A DNA stretch of 64,000 nucleotides. It comes from Candidatus Uhrbacteria bacterium (GTDB lineage: Bacteria > Patescibacteriota > Patescibacteriia > JACQRZ01). The notes beneath the pieces are model-generated. The model did no database searches and was not told where the DNA came from. It worked only from the letters and a program-made list of their open reading frames with translations. The stretch lies in assembly GCA_016206155.1 (NCBI GenBank), contig JACQSC010000002.1, forward strand, positions 15,473-79,472, read 5' to 3'. Below are positions 31,521-42,043 of the stretch, one piece after another; position 1 is the first letter of the stretch, and every line of letters starts with the position of its first letter. Position numbers and translations under genes: made by a program.

Positions 31521-31829
31521 TTACCGGACAAGTACTGCGAGAATATCTGACTCTGAAAGAATGAGATATTCTTTGTCGTCGACCTTGATTTCGTCGGGAG
31601 CGTATTTCTTAAAGAACACTACGTCACCGACCTTCACTTCCCAGGCCAAGCGCTGGCCATTATCCAAGAGTTTGCCGGATCCAAGGGCAACCACGCGCCC
31701 CTTCTCCGGTTTCTCTTTATCAACGGTGTCGGGCAGAATAATGCCCGCCTTTGTCACCTCGTCTGCGCTGATCGCTTCCACAATGATGCGGTCAGCAAGC
31801 GGCTGGAGTTTCAACGCTGTATCACTCAT
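31521..31829 (-). CDS. groS: Co-chaperonin GroES
   Basis: LQPLADRI, GIILPDT, ESDILA. Confidence 0.97.
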   Translation of the reverse strand: MSDTALKLQPLADRIIVEAISADEVTKAGIILPDTVDKEKPEKGRVVALGSGKLLDNGQRLAWEVKVGDVVFFKKYAPDEIKVDDKEYLILSESDILAVLVR

Positions 31830-31883
31830 AGAGCGTTTTTATCTATTTAAGAATTAAAAAACGACACAAAGAATGTCGCCATT

Positions 31884-33236
31884 TTATACAAAAACAATTT
31901 TACTGTCAAGACCCCCTACTCCGTTACGATGGTTGACAAGAATACCAAGCACGATGCCAACAAGGAATATCCCAGACGGGAGCGTCCAAAGGAAGTGGTC
32001 AAAAAGTGACGCGCCCAAAAGAGCGGCCAGTAACGGATATCCGGCAACGGATACGCGCTTACACACCGACCACAAAAGAATGAGAATTAACACTGCGCCG
32101 ATGATGCCAAGCTCTGCCACTATCATAAGAAAAACATTGTGGATCGGCTGATACGCATACCATGGCTGCGCCGTGCCAGTGGCTTGCTCATGATAATAAA
32201 GGGCGTTGGTAAAATTACCAATACCGGTTCCCGTTATCCGCGTGGCCAACGGAAAACTGGCTGCGCGTTCGAGAATCCCAACCCGCTCTGAGAGCGACTG
32301 GGATTCCAGGCGTGTTTGCGCATACCCAAAACGTGTGGCTGTCTCTTCCGGGAATATGCTTATAAATATAAAAACTGTCATCATGCTTGCCACGACCATG
32401 ATTGCGAGAGGGTGAACCGTCCTTGTGCCGGCGTGTATCGCCGCTGACAGTCCTCGCTTGCGAAAAGAGATGAGCGCCGCAACCATTCCGACACACGCCG
32501 CCGCGAGCAGAGCAAACCACGCACTGCGTGAGAATGTGAAAAGAAGCGCAAGGAGAATAATCTGTGACGATCCGATAAGAACTATCCACTGTATCTTTTC
32601 GTGCGCGCGGGTAAGCGCTGTTGCGCAAAACACCATGCTTATGGAAAGATAGACTCCAAGAATGTTGGGGTGAGGGAAGGCGCCGTACGCGCGCAGCCAC
32701 CGTCGATCGCCCGCCTCAACAACCGATGTTCCAAGCGTGGAGGGGTCGTGTGCGGCAATGCCGAGCAGTGAATTCGCCGCGACCTCTTGCGTGCCAAACT
32801 GCCACAGGCCGAGAATACTCTGAACAACTGCCGCGATAATCCACGCACCGAGAAACCATCGTACGTTCAAGTGAACGCTGCGAAATAGAAAAAAAAGAAT
32901 CGCGCCCTCGAGTAAGCGAATCCACGCGAATAGCGCGACAAGACGATCGTCGCTCCAAAAAATAGAAAGACCGGCGAACAAGAGAAAGGCGAGAATCCAT
33001 TGTGCGCATACCGAGAGATTCCTCGGCCTATGATTATGTAAAAATGTAACCGCCAAAAGGGCGAGCGCGAGGATCAAAAACTCAATGGCATAGATGCGAA
33101 GCGTCCCGTACTGCCACACCCCCTGCGCTCCATCAGGACCTATCATAGCCTCGTGAATAATCCAGACCGTCTGCCATGGAAGCAGAAAGATCAAAAGGGC
33201 AATGCCCGATTCAAGTGTTTTATTCAAAAAATTCAT
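31884..33236 (-). CDS. O-antigen ligase (Wzy_C) family membrane protein
   Basis: RAYGAFPHPNILG, TFSRSAW, GTGIGNF, HNVFL..AELG. Confidence 0.85.
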   Translation of the reverse strand: MNFLNKTLESGIALLIFLLPWQTVWIIHEAMIGPDGAQGVWQYGTLRIYAIEFLILALALLAVTFLHNHRPRNLSVCAQWILAFLLFAGLSIFWSDDRLVALFAWIRLLEGAILFFLFRSVHLNVRWFLGAWIIAAVVQSILGLWQFGTQEVAANSLLGIAAHDPSTLGTSVVEAGDRRWLRAYGAFPHPNILGVYLSISMVFCATALTRAHEKIQWIVLIGSSQIILLALLFTFSRSAWFALLAAACVGMVAALISFRKRGLSAAIHAGTRTVHPLAIMVVASMMTVFIFISIFPEETATRFGYAQTRLESQSLSERVGILERAASFPLATRITGTGIGNFTNALYYHEQATGTAQPWYAYQPIHNVFLMIVAELGIIGAVLILILLWSVCKRVSVAGYPLLAALLGASLFDHFLWTLPSGIFLVGIVLGILVNHRNGVGGLDSKIVFV

Positions 33237-33271
33237 AGGAACGTCAACAGTGCCGAATCAGGAATTATGAA

Positions 33272-34258
33272 TTATGAATAAGGGGTTTTCTGATTCCTGA
33301 TTCCGAGTTCTTCGCAGCGCTGTTCAAATCTCTCACTGATCTCTTGCCGCCGATCCGCGATGTGAAACTTCAGCACCGTGTCGGAAACGACAACTCCCGT
33401 CCCGACATTGGCGCGGTTGCGGATGGCGATGGGAAGAATGCGAAGCTGCAAAGATCGAAGTATTCGCTCAATCGCTCCGCCAAAACACCGGCTGAATATC
33501 TCCCCCGCATGCTTTATCCCATGCATGATAGGCGAAAGCGTGATACGACGCCGCGGAATCGGTTCACACGGAAATACGTTTGGAAGAATGTCGGTAATCC
33601 ACGCGTTTTTCAAAAAGAATTGATCGTACACACCATCATCATAAAGCGGAACGCACCACGCGACCCAGGATGCAAGATACACGTCAGGATCCCATCCATC
33701 CAGCTGGAGCGACGAGAGATCAAGAGCGCAATCTGAAATGAAAAAACTCAAGCAAAACGTATCGCGCTCATGGCCTTTTCTCGGACGGAGATTCAGTATA
33801 TGGGCAAGACTGGTACAAAAAAATCGTACCGTCCACACATGGCGTGCGCTGACAACAATAAAAAGATCAATATCGCTTTCATCGCGCGCGACATTCAGGC
33901 CCAGTGTGTTGCATACGCAAACCATGCGCACAAACGGTATGTGCGCAAGCAGAGAAACGAACCGCTTTGCCCGTATGTATTTTCGATACGAATAGATCAT
34001 ACGCCCTTGCCGACGCGCGCGCAAAAGATCGCGCCCAACAAGATAAAAGAGTCCCTCCCCCGATGAAATACGCGCGGCGAGAAACGGAGAAGATGCAAGA
34101 CAGTCGCGAATCATGAGTACGGTATAGGGCTCGCCCCTCTCTGTTGAGATAAGAAATTTCCAAATCTCGAAATCGGTTAGAGGGTATTCAAAGATATCAA
34201 AAAAAATAAGGGTTCGAAGTATTGCGCATTCAAAATGTGAGGGTGTTTCCGTTGACAT
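33272..34258 (-). CDS. Nucleotidyltransferase-fold hypothetical protein
   Basis: FDIFEYPLT, IPFVRMV..NT...ESDIDLFIV, LKFH..DRR. Confidence 0.65.
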   Translation of the reverse strand: MSTETPSHFECAILRTLIFFDIFEYPLTDFEIWKFLISTERGEPYTVLMIRDCLASSPFLAARISSGEGLFYLVGRDLLRARRQGRMIYSYRKYIRAKRFVSLLAHIPFVRMVCVCNTLGLNVARDESDIDLFIVVSARHVWTVRFFCTSLAHILNLRPRKGHERDTFCLSFFISDCALDLSSLQLDGWDPDVYLASWVAWCVPLYDDGVYDQFFLKNAWITDILPNVFPCEPIPRRRITLSPIMHGIKHAGEIFSRCFGGAIERILRSLQLRILPIAIRNRANVGTGVVVSDTVLKFHIADRRQEISERFEQRCEELGIRNQKTPYS

Positions 34259-34300
34259 AAGGCCTGTCATATTGTATCCTAATAAGCGCATAATTCAACC

Positions 34301-35572
34301 ATGAAAGCATTATTGTACAGCACTGCGCGTGCGTGTGCCCGTGCCCTATCACCTGTGGGACGGTTTTTTTTGGGTGGCGCTGTTTTTCTCTACGGATGGT
34401 ATCTCAAAGGGAGCATTTCTCTTCAGAAGAGGGGGGTTATGGTTCATCATCCGCTATATGCTCTTGTTTCCCGCCACCACGTACATCACGCACTGATCGT
34501 TGGCATATCTCTGCTTGCCATTGGCCACACCGTCCTCCTTCAGCGAGTGGATGAACAAGAATTCCTTCTCCCTCAGAACGCGCTCTCTCGCCTCTTTGCA
34601 GAAGAAGACGCCTTTATTGTTGAAACACAAAATTTCACTCCCATTGCCGATAGTGAGTATGTCACCTCAACCGACATACGATCTCAACCAACGCCAACAC
34701 CAACCGAAAACACGCAAAAGCAATCCCCGCTTCCACAGGCAGGCAGTCTCGCGACCATTCCCGACACGCTCATCAAACCCATACTGCCAACCATCCAGAC
34801 CGAGCCGTATCGCGCCCAAACAATCCAAACGTATGTTGTCAAAACGGGAGATACGCTGGGAAACATTGCGCGCGCCCACGGCCTTAAACTCTCGACACTC
34901 CTCTGGGCGAACAACCTAACAGAACGATCGGTTATCCGACTCGGCCAGCATCTTGTTGTTCTACCCGTTGATGGCATACATTATCGCATTAAACGTGGCG
35001 ATACGCTTGGATTGGTTGCAAAACGCTTCAGCTCCGACATAGATAGTATTGTTAAAGCAAACAACCTTGCAAACCCCAATGCGGTTGCCATTGGCGACCT
35101 ACTCATGATCCCGGGCGGAGTCATGCCAACTCCTTCCCGCTATGTGCCACAGCAGTCGCTTATTGGACGCGTGCGAGATACCATTGCTCCGTCTGGAACA
35201 AGCGAACGGGCAAGCGGCAGCTATATCTGGCCGACGTCTGCACGGCGCATCACGCAGTACTTTAGCTGGCGCCATATTGGCGTCGACATTGCAGGACCTC
35301 CGTCAAATCGGATTTACTCCGCCGCCGATGGCGTTGTTTCCTTCGCGGGATGGGCGAAGGGATATGGCCTCTCTGTCGTGATTAATCATGGAGGAGGCAA
35401 GCAAACACGCTATGGACATTCGCGACAACTCTTTGTAAAAGTAGGCCAATCCGTATCACAGGGAGAAACGATTGCCATGGTCGGAAGCACCGGGCGCTCA
35501 ACGGGTCCCCACCTCCATTTTGAAATCATTGTCAACGGAAAACGCGTTAACCCATTCGCCTACATCCGTTAA
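34301..35572 (+). CDS. LysM and M23 peptidase domain protein
   Basis: Two LysM repeats (YVVKTGDTL, YRIKRGDTL), HIGVD, YGH, STGPHLHFE. Confidence 0.92.
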   Translation: MKALLYSTARACARALSPVGRFFLGGAVFLYGWYLKGSISLQKRGVMVHHPLYALVSRHHVHHALIVGISLLAIGHTVLLQRVDEQEFLLPQNALSRLFAEEDAFIVETQNFTPIADSEYVTSTDIRSQPTPTPTENTQKQSPLPQAGSLATIPDTLIKPILPTIQTEPYRAQTIQTYVVKTGDTLGNIARAHGLKLSTLLWANNLTERSVIRLGQHLVVLPVDGIHYRIKRGDTLGLVAKRFSSDIDSIVKANNLANPNAVAIGDLLMIPGGVMPTPSRYVPQQSLIGRVRDTIAPSGTSERASGSYIWPTSARRITQYFSWRHIGVDIAGPPSNRIYSAADGVVSFAGWAKGYGLSVVINHGGGKQTRYGHSRQLFVKVGQSVSQGETIAMVGSTGRSTGPHLHFEIIVNGKRVNPFAYIR

Positions 35573-35588
35573 TACGACGTACGTATTG

Positions 35589-37148
35589 CTAATACTCTCT
35601 GCACTGCGATCGGTACTGAATGCTTTCCGCAATATGTCCGGTCTCTATCGTCTCGCTCTCATCAAGATCGGCGATGGTTCGCGCAACTTTGAGCGTGCGC
35701 GCATAGGAGCGCGCGGAAAGCCCCAACCGTTCTGCCGCGGTGCGCATCATCGCGAGCGCCTCATTTTTCAGCTCGCAAAACGTTTCAAGAAAATGAGCGG
35801 GGATCTCGTTATTGGTTCTCAGATGATGCACGGCAAGCCGAGCCGTTTGGCATGTACGCGCCTTTATAATGCGCGCACGCACAATCTCAGATGTCTCTCC
35901 TTGCCCCGGAGAAGAAAGAAGTTCGATATCAACGGCGGGAACATCGACGAACATATCGATTCGGTCGAGAATGGGGCCCGATATTCTTTTTTGGTACATA
36001 CTTATTGCTCCGGCAGAACAGACACACTCCTGCCTATCGCTCCCTCGATTACCGCACGGGCACGGATTCTGCGCGGCGACAAGTTGACACCGGCTTGGAT
36101 ATTTGATGCTTCCCTGCGCGCGACTGATGGTCACCCACCCGTCTTCAAGCGGCTGTCGCAATGCCTCAATAACCGAGCGAGGAAATTCTGGAAATTCATC
36201 AAGAAAGAGAACACCACGATGCGCAAGCGTTATTTCCCCTGGACTTGGCGTACTTCCTCCGCCAACAAGGGAGGCAATCGATGCGGAATGGTGCGGGCTC
36301 CGAAAGGGTCGCTCCCTGATCAGCGGCAGCGATGGTGACAACTTTCCGGCAACGCTCCAGATACGCGTCACCTCAAGAGCCTCATCAAATGAGAGCTGGG
36401 GAAGCAGCGTTGGCAACACGCGAGCAAGCATGGTTTTTCCTGACCCGGGAGGACCGGAAAATAAAATATGGTGTCCGCCCGCAGCAGCTATTTCCAATGC
36501 GCGCTTTGCATGATGTTGTCCTTTGATACATGAAAGGTCGCTCAGTAAAGGCCCTCCTGGCGGCTGCGCGAACGTTTCGTTCTCTGATACTTCCCGCGCA
36601 AAGGGCTTCAAGCGCGCAACGCCGACAAGATGGTCAATAAGCGCCGACAGGGACGGAACGGGATAGATGGTGATACCGTCGATCAATGCAGCTTCTGCAG
36701 CATTCTCTTGGGGTACGAAAATCGAGTCATGCCCGCAGGTGCGCGCGGCATGTGCGCAGGCAACAGCGCCGGCAACCGCGCGTACGCTTCCTTCAAGCGA
36801 CAGCTCTCCGACACACGTGCTCTTTTCTACTTCGGCGCGTGCGGCATCGGAAAAAACGCCCCTCATGTCTGGGTCCGCCAACACCATAGAGAGCGCAATG
36901 GGAAGATCGTATGACGCTCCCTGTTTTTTCATGTCCGCAGGAGCCAGGTTAACGGTCACGCGCCCGCGCGGGAACGACAGTCCGCTATTCTTAATAGCGG
37001 ACCGAACACGCTCTCGCGCCTCCTGCACCGAAGCATCGGGAAGACCGACAATGACGCAAGCATACTGTCCCGGACCCGCATCACACTCAACATCGATGCG
37101 CTCCGCATCAAGACCAACCACACGGGCGGAATATACTTTGGATAACAT
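35589..37148 (-). CDS. comM: YifB/ComM Mg-chelatase-like AAA ATPase
   Basis: IVGLPD, NLAPAD, GPPGSGKT, RPFRSPHH, NPCPCG, LSARSY. Confidence 0.92.
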   Translation of the reverse strand: MLSKVYSARVVGLDAERIDVECDAGPGQYACVIVGLPDASVQEARERVRSAIKNSGLSFPRGRVTVNLAPADMKKQGASYDLPIALSMVLADPDMRGVFSDAARAEVEKSTCVGELSLEGSVRAVAGAVACAHAARTCGHDSIFVPQENAAEAALIDGITIYPVPSLSALIDHLVGVARLKPFAREVSENETFAQPPGGPLLSDLSCIKGQHHAKRALEIAAAGGHHILFSGPPGSGKTMLARVLPTLLPQLSFDEALEVTRIWSVAGKLSPSLPLIRERPFRSPHHSASIASLVGGGSTPSPGEITLAHRGVLFLDEFPEFPRSVIEALRQPLEDGWVTISRAQGSIKYPSRCQLVAAQNPCPCGNRGSDRQECVCSAGAISMYQKRISGPILDRIDMFVDVPAVDIELLSSPGQGETSEIVRARIIKARTCQTARLAVHHLRTNNEIPAHFLETFCELKNEALAMMRTAAERLGLSARSYARTLKVARTIADLDESETIETGHIAESIQYRSQCREY

Positions 37149-37177
37149 AGTGTAATTTCAGATTTCAGATTTTGAAA

Positions 37178-37615
37178 TCAATTATTTGAAATTTTTGTAC
37201 TATCCTCAGTATACCTTTTCCGAGAACAACATGAAATAACAACGAACACACAACCAACTAAAATCCAGACATCAGCAAGATTAAAAACAGTGAGGCCCGG
37301 TAGTGCGATCCAATCGATCACTCCGCCATAGATATGAGTGTCAAAAAAATTCGACGCCGCACCCGCAACCATGAACGTTGCACCGCTCGCCACGAATGTC
37401 ATGCGCGCCGTCCGAGATACTTCATGCATGAACCATCCTATAAGCAGCAAAACAAAAATAAGAAAAAGGAGGAACGAGAACTCAGCGTTTTGAATAAAAA
37501 ATAACGTCTTCCGATTAAGAAGGACGTTATCTGGGTATACTAATAGGACGATTGTCTTTGTGAGACGATCAATCGCAAAAAGGAAGCACAGAAGAAGACC
37601 GTACGTTCGCCTCAT
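37178..37615 (-). CDS. lspA: Signal peptidase II
   Basis: DRLTK, GAASNFFD, GVIDW, VFNLADV. Confidence 0.8.
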   Translation of the reverse strand: MRRTYGLLLCFLFAIDRLTKTIVLLVYPDNVLLNRKTLFFIQNAEFSFLLFLIFVLLLIGWFMHEVSRTARMTFVASGATFMVAGAASNFFDTHIYGGVIDWIALPGLTVFNLADVWILVGCVFVVISCCSRKRYTEDSTKISNN

Positions 37616-37983
37616 TTGCCAGCCTTCTCTTGGCATGCAATACAGAGAACAGCCTGAGGCCGCACGGCAAGACGCTGTTCGCCAATGTCCATACCGCATG
37701 ATTTGCACGTTCCCCATGTGCCTTCGTCAAGACGCGCAAGCGCCTCAACAACCTCGCGAAGTTCTGATTCAAAAGTTGCTTCAAGGCCCAATGAATCACT
37801 ATATGCCGCGACTTCTGCGGCATTCTCGTCTTCTTTGTCACCATAATCCTCCCATGTCGTCTGGAAGTCGGTGTCATCCTTGCCGCTCGGCTTGCCGATT
37901 TTTGCAAGCTCGGCTTCAAGCCGCTCTTTCTCTAAAAACAATTTTTTCTCTATATCTGATAAAAATTGTGTTGAAAAGGCCAT
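37612..37983 (-). CDS. TraR/DksA C4 zinc-finger protein
   Basis: ALARLDEGTWGTCKSCG..I...RL..RP.A..CIAC. Confidence 0.9.
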   Translation of the reverse strand: MAFSTQFLSDIEKKLFLEKERLEAELAKIGKPSGKDDTDFQTTWEDYGDKEDENAAEVAAYSDSLGLEATFESELREVVEALARLDEGTWGTCKSCGMDIGEQRLAVRPQAVLCIACQEKAGK

Positions 37984-38396
37984 AGTGGTTTATTAATGAA
38001 AGAGTGATGTAAAGAATAAGGACGCCATAGATATAATATAATTTCTTTTGGCGTCCCGGCTACCTCTTTTGCGAGGCAGTCCGGGATCACCCATGTCGAC
38101 AGCGAAGATATTTCGCCGCCCGCATGGGTGATCGCACCAGAATTCGACCTCAAGAGGCAAAAATGCCTTTCTCCGACTGCGAAAAGCAATTATCTTCACT
38201 CCCGATTCTTTGGTGGATTATTGAAACGCCTTTTTTGTGAGCTCAAAAGCCCAATAATACGTTCAACCACCGTTTTGTTTTGTTGTGGCGGGGTTGTCGG
38301 TCTTCCCCGTAAAGAATAGGAGAGAAGACAGAAAATGAGCCCTTTTCGTAAAGGATCATGTTCTGTTTCCTTGTAAAGAACATCTTCACAATAGTA

Positions 38397-38425
38397 AGTA
38401 TAGCATACTTTTTCCCTGTGGTCAA
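38397..38425 (-). promoter_or_regulatory. Sigma70-type promoter
   Basis: TTGACC-17 nt-TATACT with extended -10 TG. Confidence 0.6.
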
Positions 38426-38651
38426 TTGTTTGAACACAATTTGTACTCTCGCTACGAAACACGCGGTTTTTGTTATAATAATAAGAATACTGGACATATG
38501 CCCTCCGGTTCAGCGCTCCCTCACAACTGTTATCCACATGCCCATCGTCGATTTCCGCAATCGCTACCCTCTCACTGTGCGGGCTTGACACGTCAACTCA
38601 AGATCTCCGCGCACAAGCGCGCGAATAACATATCCATTTGATAGCGAACGC

Positions 38652-40793
38652 TTACTCTTTGACGCGCTTCATCGAAAGATTGATGCGATTCTGTTCGTCT
38701 ATGGCAACAACGACAACCTTTACGGCTTGCCCCACTTTCACAATATCGGTTACTTTTTCAACACGGCGGGGGCTGAGTTCTGAGATGTGAACGAGTCCTT
38801 CGGTGCGTGGCAATATTTCGACAAACGCTCCAAAGTCCATAATCCGCGTCACCTTTCCATCAAAGACTTCACCGGCTACTACCTCGCGGGTCAATCGTTT
38901 CACCCACTCAACGGCGCGCTTCATGCCATCTTCATTGGTCGAAGTAATCATCACAAGCCCGGATTGCTCGATGTCGATTTGCACACCGGTCGCGTCGATG
39001 ATCTCATTGATTATTTTTCCGCCCGGACCAATGACGTCGCGGATTTTGTCCGGATTGATCTGCAGTGTCTCAATGCGCGGCGCATAGGGCGAGAGATTTT
39101 CGCGCGGCGCGGTAATCGCCCCCTGCATGACATCAAGAATTTTCAGCCGCGCGCCGTGTGCTTGGGCAAGCGTCTCTTTCACTATTTGCATCGTCAGTCC
39201 ATGAGTCTTGGTGTCGAGCTGAATGGCGGTAATACCCGCGCTCGTTCCTGCGACCTTAAAGTCCATCCCCCCTTCACCGTCTTCGAGATCCTGGAGGTCG
39301 GTAAGAATTTTGTAGTTCCCTTTTTCATCGGATGCTAAGCCCATGGCAATTCCCGCGACCGGCGCCTTGATGGGCACACCGGCATCCATCAGCGCGAGGG
39401 TTGACCCACAGGTTGACCCCATGGAGCTCGATCCGTTTGATCCGAGTACCTCAGAGACAACGCGAATGGTGTAGGGAAATTCCTCCTTGCTTGGCAATAC
39501 CGGAAGCAACGCTTTTTCGGCTAAAGCACCATGGCCCACTTCACGCCGCCCAGGTCCGCGCATGGGCTTGACCTCGCCAACCGAATAGGGAGGGAAATTA
39601 TAATGGTGCATGTAGCGCTTTTTTCCGACTTCCTCCATGCCATCAAGTGTCTGCTCATCACCTGGCGAACCAAGAGTGGCGATTGAGAGCACCTGTGTCT
39701 CTCCCCGCATAAACAGCCCCGATCCATGGGTTCGCGCAAAGATGCCAACTTCGGCGCTCAATGCGCGAATCTCATCAAGTCCGCGAAGGTCGACGCGCTT
39801 GTCCTCCGCAAGAATTGCGCGGGTAATCTCTGACTCTGCAAACTCATTGGCAATCTCAACAATCTTCTTTCGTTTATCCTTCCCGATCTGCAAGGTAACG
39901 AGATATTCATCAAGATCGTGTTTCATTTGGACCACTGCCGCTTTTCTGCTCGCCTTGGTAACTTTCGCACCCATAGTAAGATACTGCGACGCTTTCTCGG
40001 CAAGCCATGTGCGCGCTGTTTTCCATGTTTCTTGGCTTATTGGCTCTTCTTCGGTAATCGCGCCTGAGCCTTGTGCGGCGGCGGACATGATCTCTTCAAC
40101 CGACTGTTTTGGTGCGCCAATTTCCCCTTGAATCTTGGTCAAAAAATCACAGAGCTTGCGATTTTCTTTTAGGGAGTATTCAACGGCCGAAAGCATTACG
40201 TCTTCGGGAACTTGCTGTGCGCCTGCCTCGATCATCACGATTTTTTCTCCGGTGCCAGCAACATAAAGGTCAAGATCGCTCTTTTGACGCGCTTCATATG
40301 TGGGATTGATAACCCACTCACCATTGATGCGGCCGATACGAATGCCGGACAACGGGCCATTCCAAGGAATGTTTGAGAGCATAAGCGCTGCGGACGCTCC
40401 GATCATAGCGGGAACATCGGGATCGTTCTCCTGGTCAATCGCAAGAACGGTAACAATCACTTGAATGTCATTGCGCAACTCTTGAGGGAAAAGCGGACGA
40501 AGCGCGCGGTCAATAAGGCGCGCGGTAAGAATCGCCTCATCGGTCGCGCGGCCTTCGCGCTTGATAAAGCGCGAGCTTTTAATTTTTCCCGCGGCATACA
40601 ATCGCTCTTCATACTCAACCATAAGGGGAAAATAACTCATTCCCTCGCGCTGGTCCGCGCTCATGACAACGGTTGCAAGCACAACCGTCTCTCCAAACTG
40701 ACAAACAACAGCGGCTGACGCCTGTTTGGCGAGTTTGCCGGTCTCGATAATGAGCTTTTTTCCGGCAACCTCTGTTTCATAGGTCTTTGGCAT
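38652..40793 (-). CDS. pnp: Polyribonucleotide nucleotidyltransferase
   Basis: RLIDRALRPLFP, SNGSSSM, DFKVAGT, KH and S1 domains. Confidence 0.97.
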   Translation of the reverse strand: MPKTYETEVAGKKLIIETGKLAKQASAAVVCQFGETVVLATVVMSADQREGMSYFPLMVEYEERLYAAGKIKSSRFIKREGRATDEAILTARLIDRALRPLFPQELRNDIQVIVTVLAIDQENDPDVPAMIGASAALMLSNIPWNGPLSGIRIGRINGEWVINPTYEARQKSDLDLYVAGTGEKIVMIEAGAQQVPEDVMLSAVEYSLKENRKLCDFLTKIQGEIGAPKQSVEEIMSAAAQGSGAITEEEPISQETWKTARTWLAEKASQYLTMGAKVTKASRKAAVVQMKHDLDEYLVTLQIGKDKRKKIVEIANEFAESEITRAILAEDKRVDLRGLDEIRALSAEVGIFARTHGSGLFMRGETQVLSIATLGSPGDEQTLDGMEEVGKKRYMHHYNFPPYSVGEVKPMRGPGRREVGHGALAEKALLPVLPSKEEFPYTIRVVSEVLGSNGSSSMGSTCGSTLALMDAGVPIKAPVAGIAMGLASDEKGNYKILTDLQDLEDGEGGMDFKVAGTSAGITAIQLDTKTHGLTMQIVKETLAQAHGARLKILDVMQGAITAPRENLSPYAPRIETLQINPDKIRDVIGPGGKIINEIIDATGVQIDIEQSGLVMITSTNEDGMKRAVEWVKRLTREVVAGEVFDGKVTRIMDFGAFVEILPRTEGLVHISELSPRRVEKVTDIVKVGQAVKVVVVAIDEQNRINLSMKRVKE

Positions 40794-40884
40794 ATGCGTT
40801 CTTTCTGGTGCCCTCAAGGTTTCAGATCCATTTCAGAGAAGAAACGAATCTACATATCCTGAGGCCACCGTACATGAATAATTG

Positions 40885-41400
40885 TTATCTTCGCTGTCTC
40901 GTGGGTAATAAATATTTTTGGGTATCTGCGGAAAGATCGGTAAAATCATCAACGTGTTCAAGAAGTTTGCTTGATGTCGTATCGCCAAAAGCAATAAGCT
41001 CAACAATGCATCCGCGATTCTCCTTGAGATAGGTCACCAATGGAATATAATCCCCATCACCAGTTGCCAGAACAACAACGTCAAGCTTGTCCGCCGATTT
41101 AATAGCATCCACGGCAAGACCGACGTCCCAATCGCCCTTTTTGCTTCCGTCGACAAAGACCTGAAGGTCTTTCATCTTCACCTCAAAACCCTGCTTGGCA
41201 AGTGCTTCAAAAAAGGTCTGCTCCTCTTGTGTCTTGGACACAACGACATACGCAATTGCGCGGATGAGCTTACGCCCAGCTGTTGCGGCTTTTAGCAGTT
41301 CTTGAAAATTAACCCTTCGATTGTAGAGATTTTTTGCCGAGTGGTACATGTTCCCAACATCAACAAATAGCCCCACTCGTTGTTCTTTGTGTTTTACCAT
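40885..41400 (-). CDS. NYN domain (LabA/DUF88) protein
   Basis: FVDVGN, KGDWDVGLAVD, TGDGDY. Confidence 0.9.
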   Translation of the reverse strand: MVKHKEQRVGLFVDVGNMYHSAKNLYNRRVNFQELLKAATAGRKLIRAIAYVVVSKTQEEQTFFEALAKQGFEVKMKDLQVFVDGSKKGDWDVGLAVDAIKSADKLDVVVLATGDGDYIPLVTYLKENRGCIVELIAFGDTTSSKLLEHVDDFTDLSADTQKYLLPTRQRR

Positions 41401-41412
41401 TGAGCTGTATAT

Positions 41413-41585
41413 TGAGAGTGGTGAAAAATATCACGTATAAGTTTCTTCCGGCTCATTTCCAGCCAATGTCGCCCCAAAAATGCGCTGAACTCGTCGCCCG
41501 GCCACGGCCGGGCTTCTCATTCATCATCATTTTTGGAACGAAATTGTCATGGAACTGACCGGGAATCTATTTTTCACCACTCTCA
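41413..41585. mobile_element. MITE with perfect 18-bp terminal inverted repeats
   Basis: TGAGAGTGGTGAAAAATA ... TATTTTTCACCACTCTCA; partial homolog at 58476-58551. Confidence 0.8.
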
Positions 41586-41588
41586 TCA

Positions 41589-41939
41589 TTACGCATTGTG
41601 TTCTTCTTCCGGGATATCGGCAGCCGCGAGCATCAAGTCGACATCTTCGTCATTCTTCTTCTCCGCGAAGTCGCGCTTCTTAATTTTCAATGTCTTAACC
41701 AATTTGTCGTACCCCTGCGCATCTTCCGATGCGTAGTATCGGAGCAACCGGCGCCGTTCCCCGACTTTTTTCAGCAATCCGCGCCGAGATGACTGATCCT
41801 TCTTGTGAAGCTTCAGGTGTTCGGTCAAACGATTGATCTCTTCGGTGAGAATCGCGGCTTGCACCGGCGTGGAACCCGTGTCGTCTTTATGGGTTCCGTA
41901 TTTGGCAATAATCTTTGCCTTTGCTTTGGGATCCAGCAT
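41589..41939 (-). CDS. rpsO: 30S ribosomal protein S15 with acidic C-terminal extension
   Basis: DTGSTPVQ, HKKDQSSRRGLLK.VG.RRRLL. Confidence 0.95.
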   Translation of the reverse strand: MLDPKAKAKIIAKYGTHKDDTGSTPVQAAILTEEINRLTEHLKLHKKDQSSRRGLLKKVGERRRLLRYYASEDAQGYDKLVKTLKIKKRDFAEKKNDEDVDLMLAAADIPEEEHNA

Positions 41940-42043
41940 AGATCTCCTTTCGCCTCATGTCCAGTATGCTCTTTTGTGAGAGGCACACCGATTCATGCGC
42001 ATTATATATAATGTAAGCAGTATAGCAAAAGAGAGCGAAAAAG

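Noticed and set aside
35472-36338. 288-aa + strand ORF and other long shadow ORFs (14562-15443, 30429-31485)
   Set aside because: They are antisense to well-supported genes (comM, leuS, groEL) and contain no motifs.
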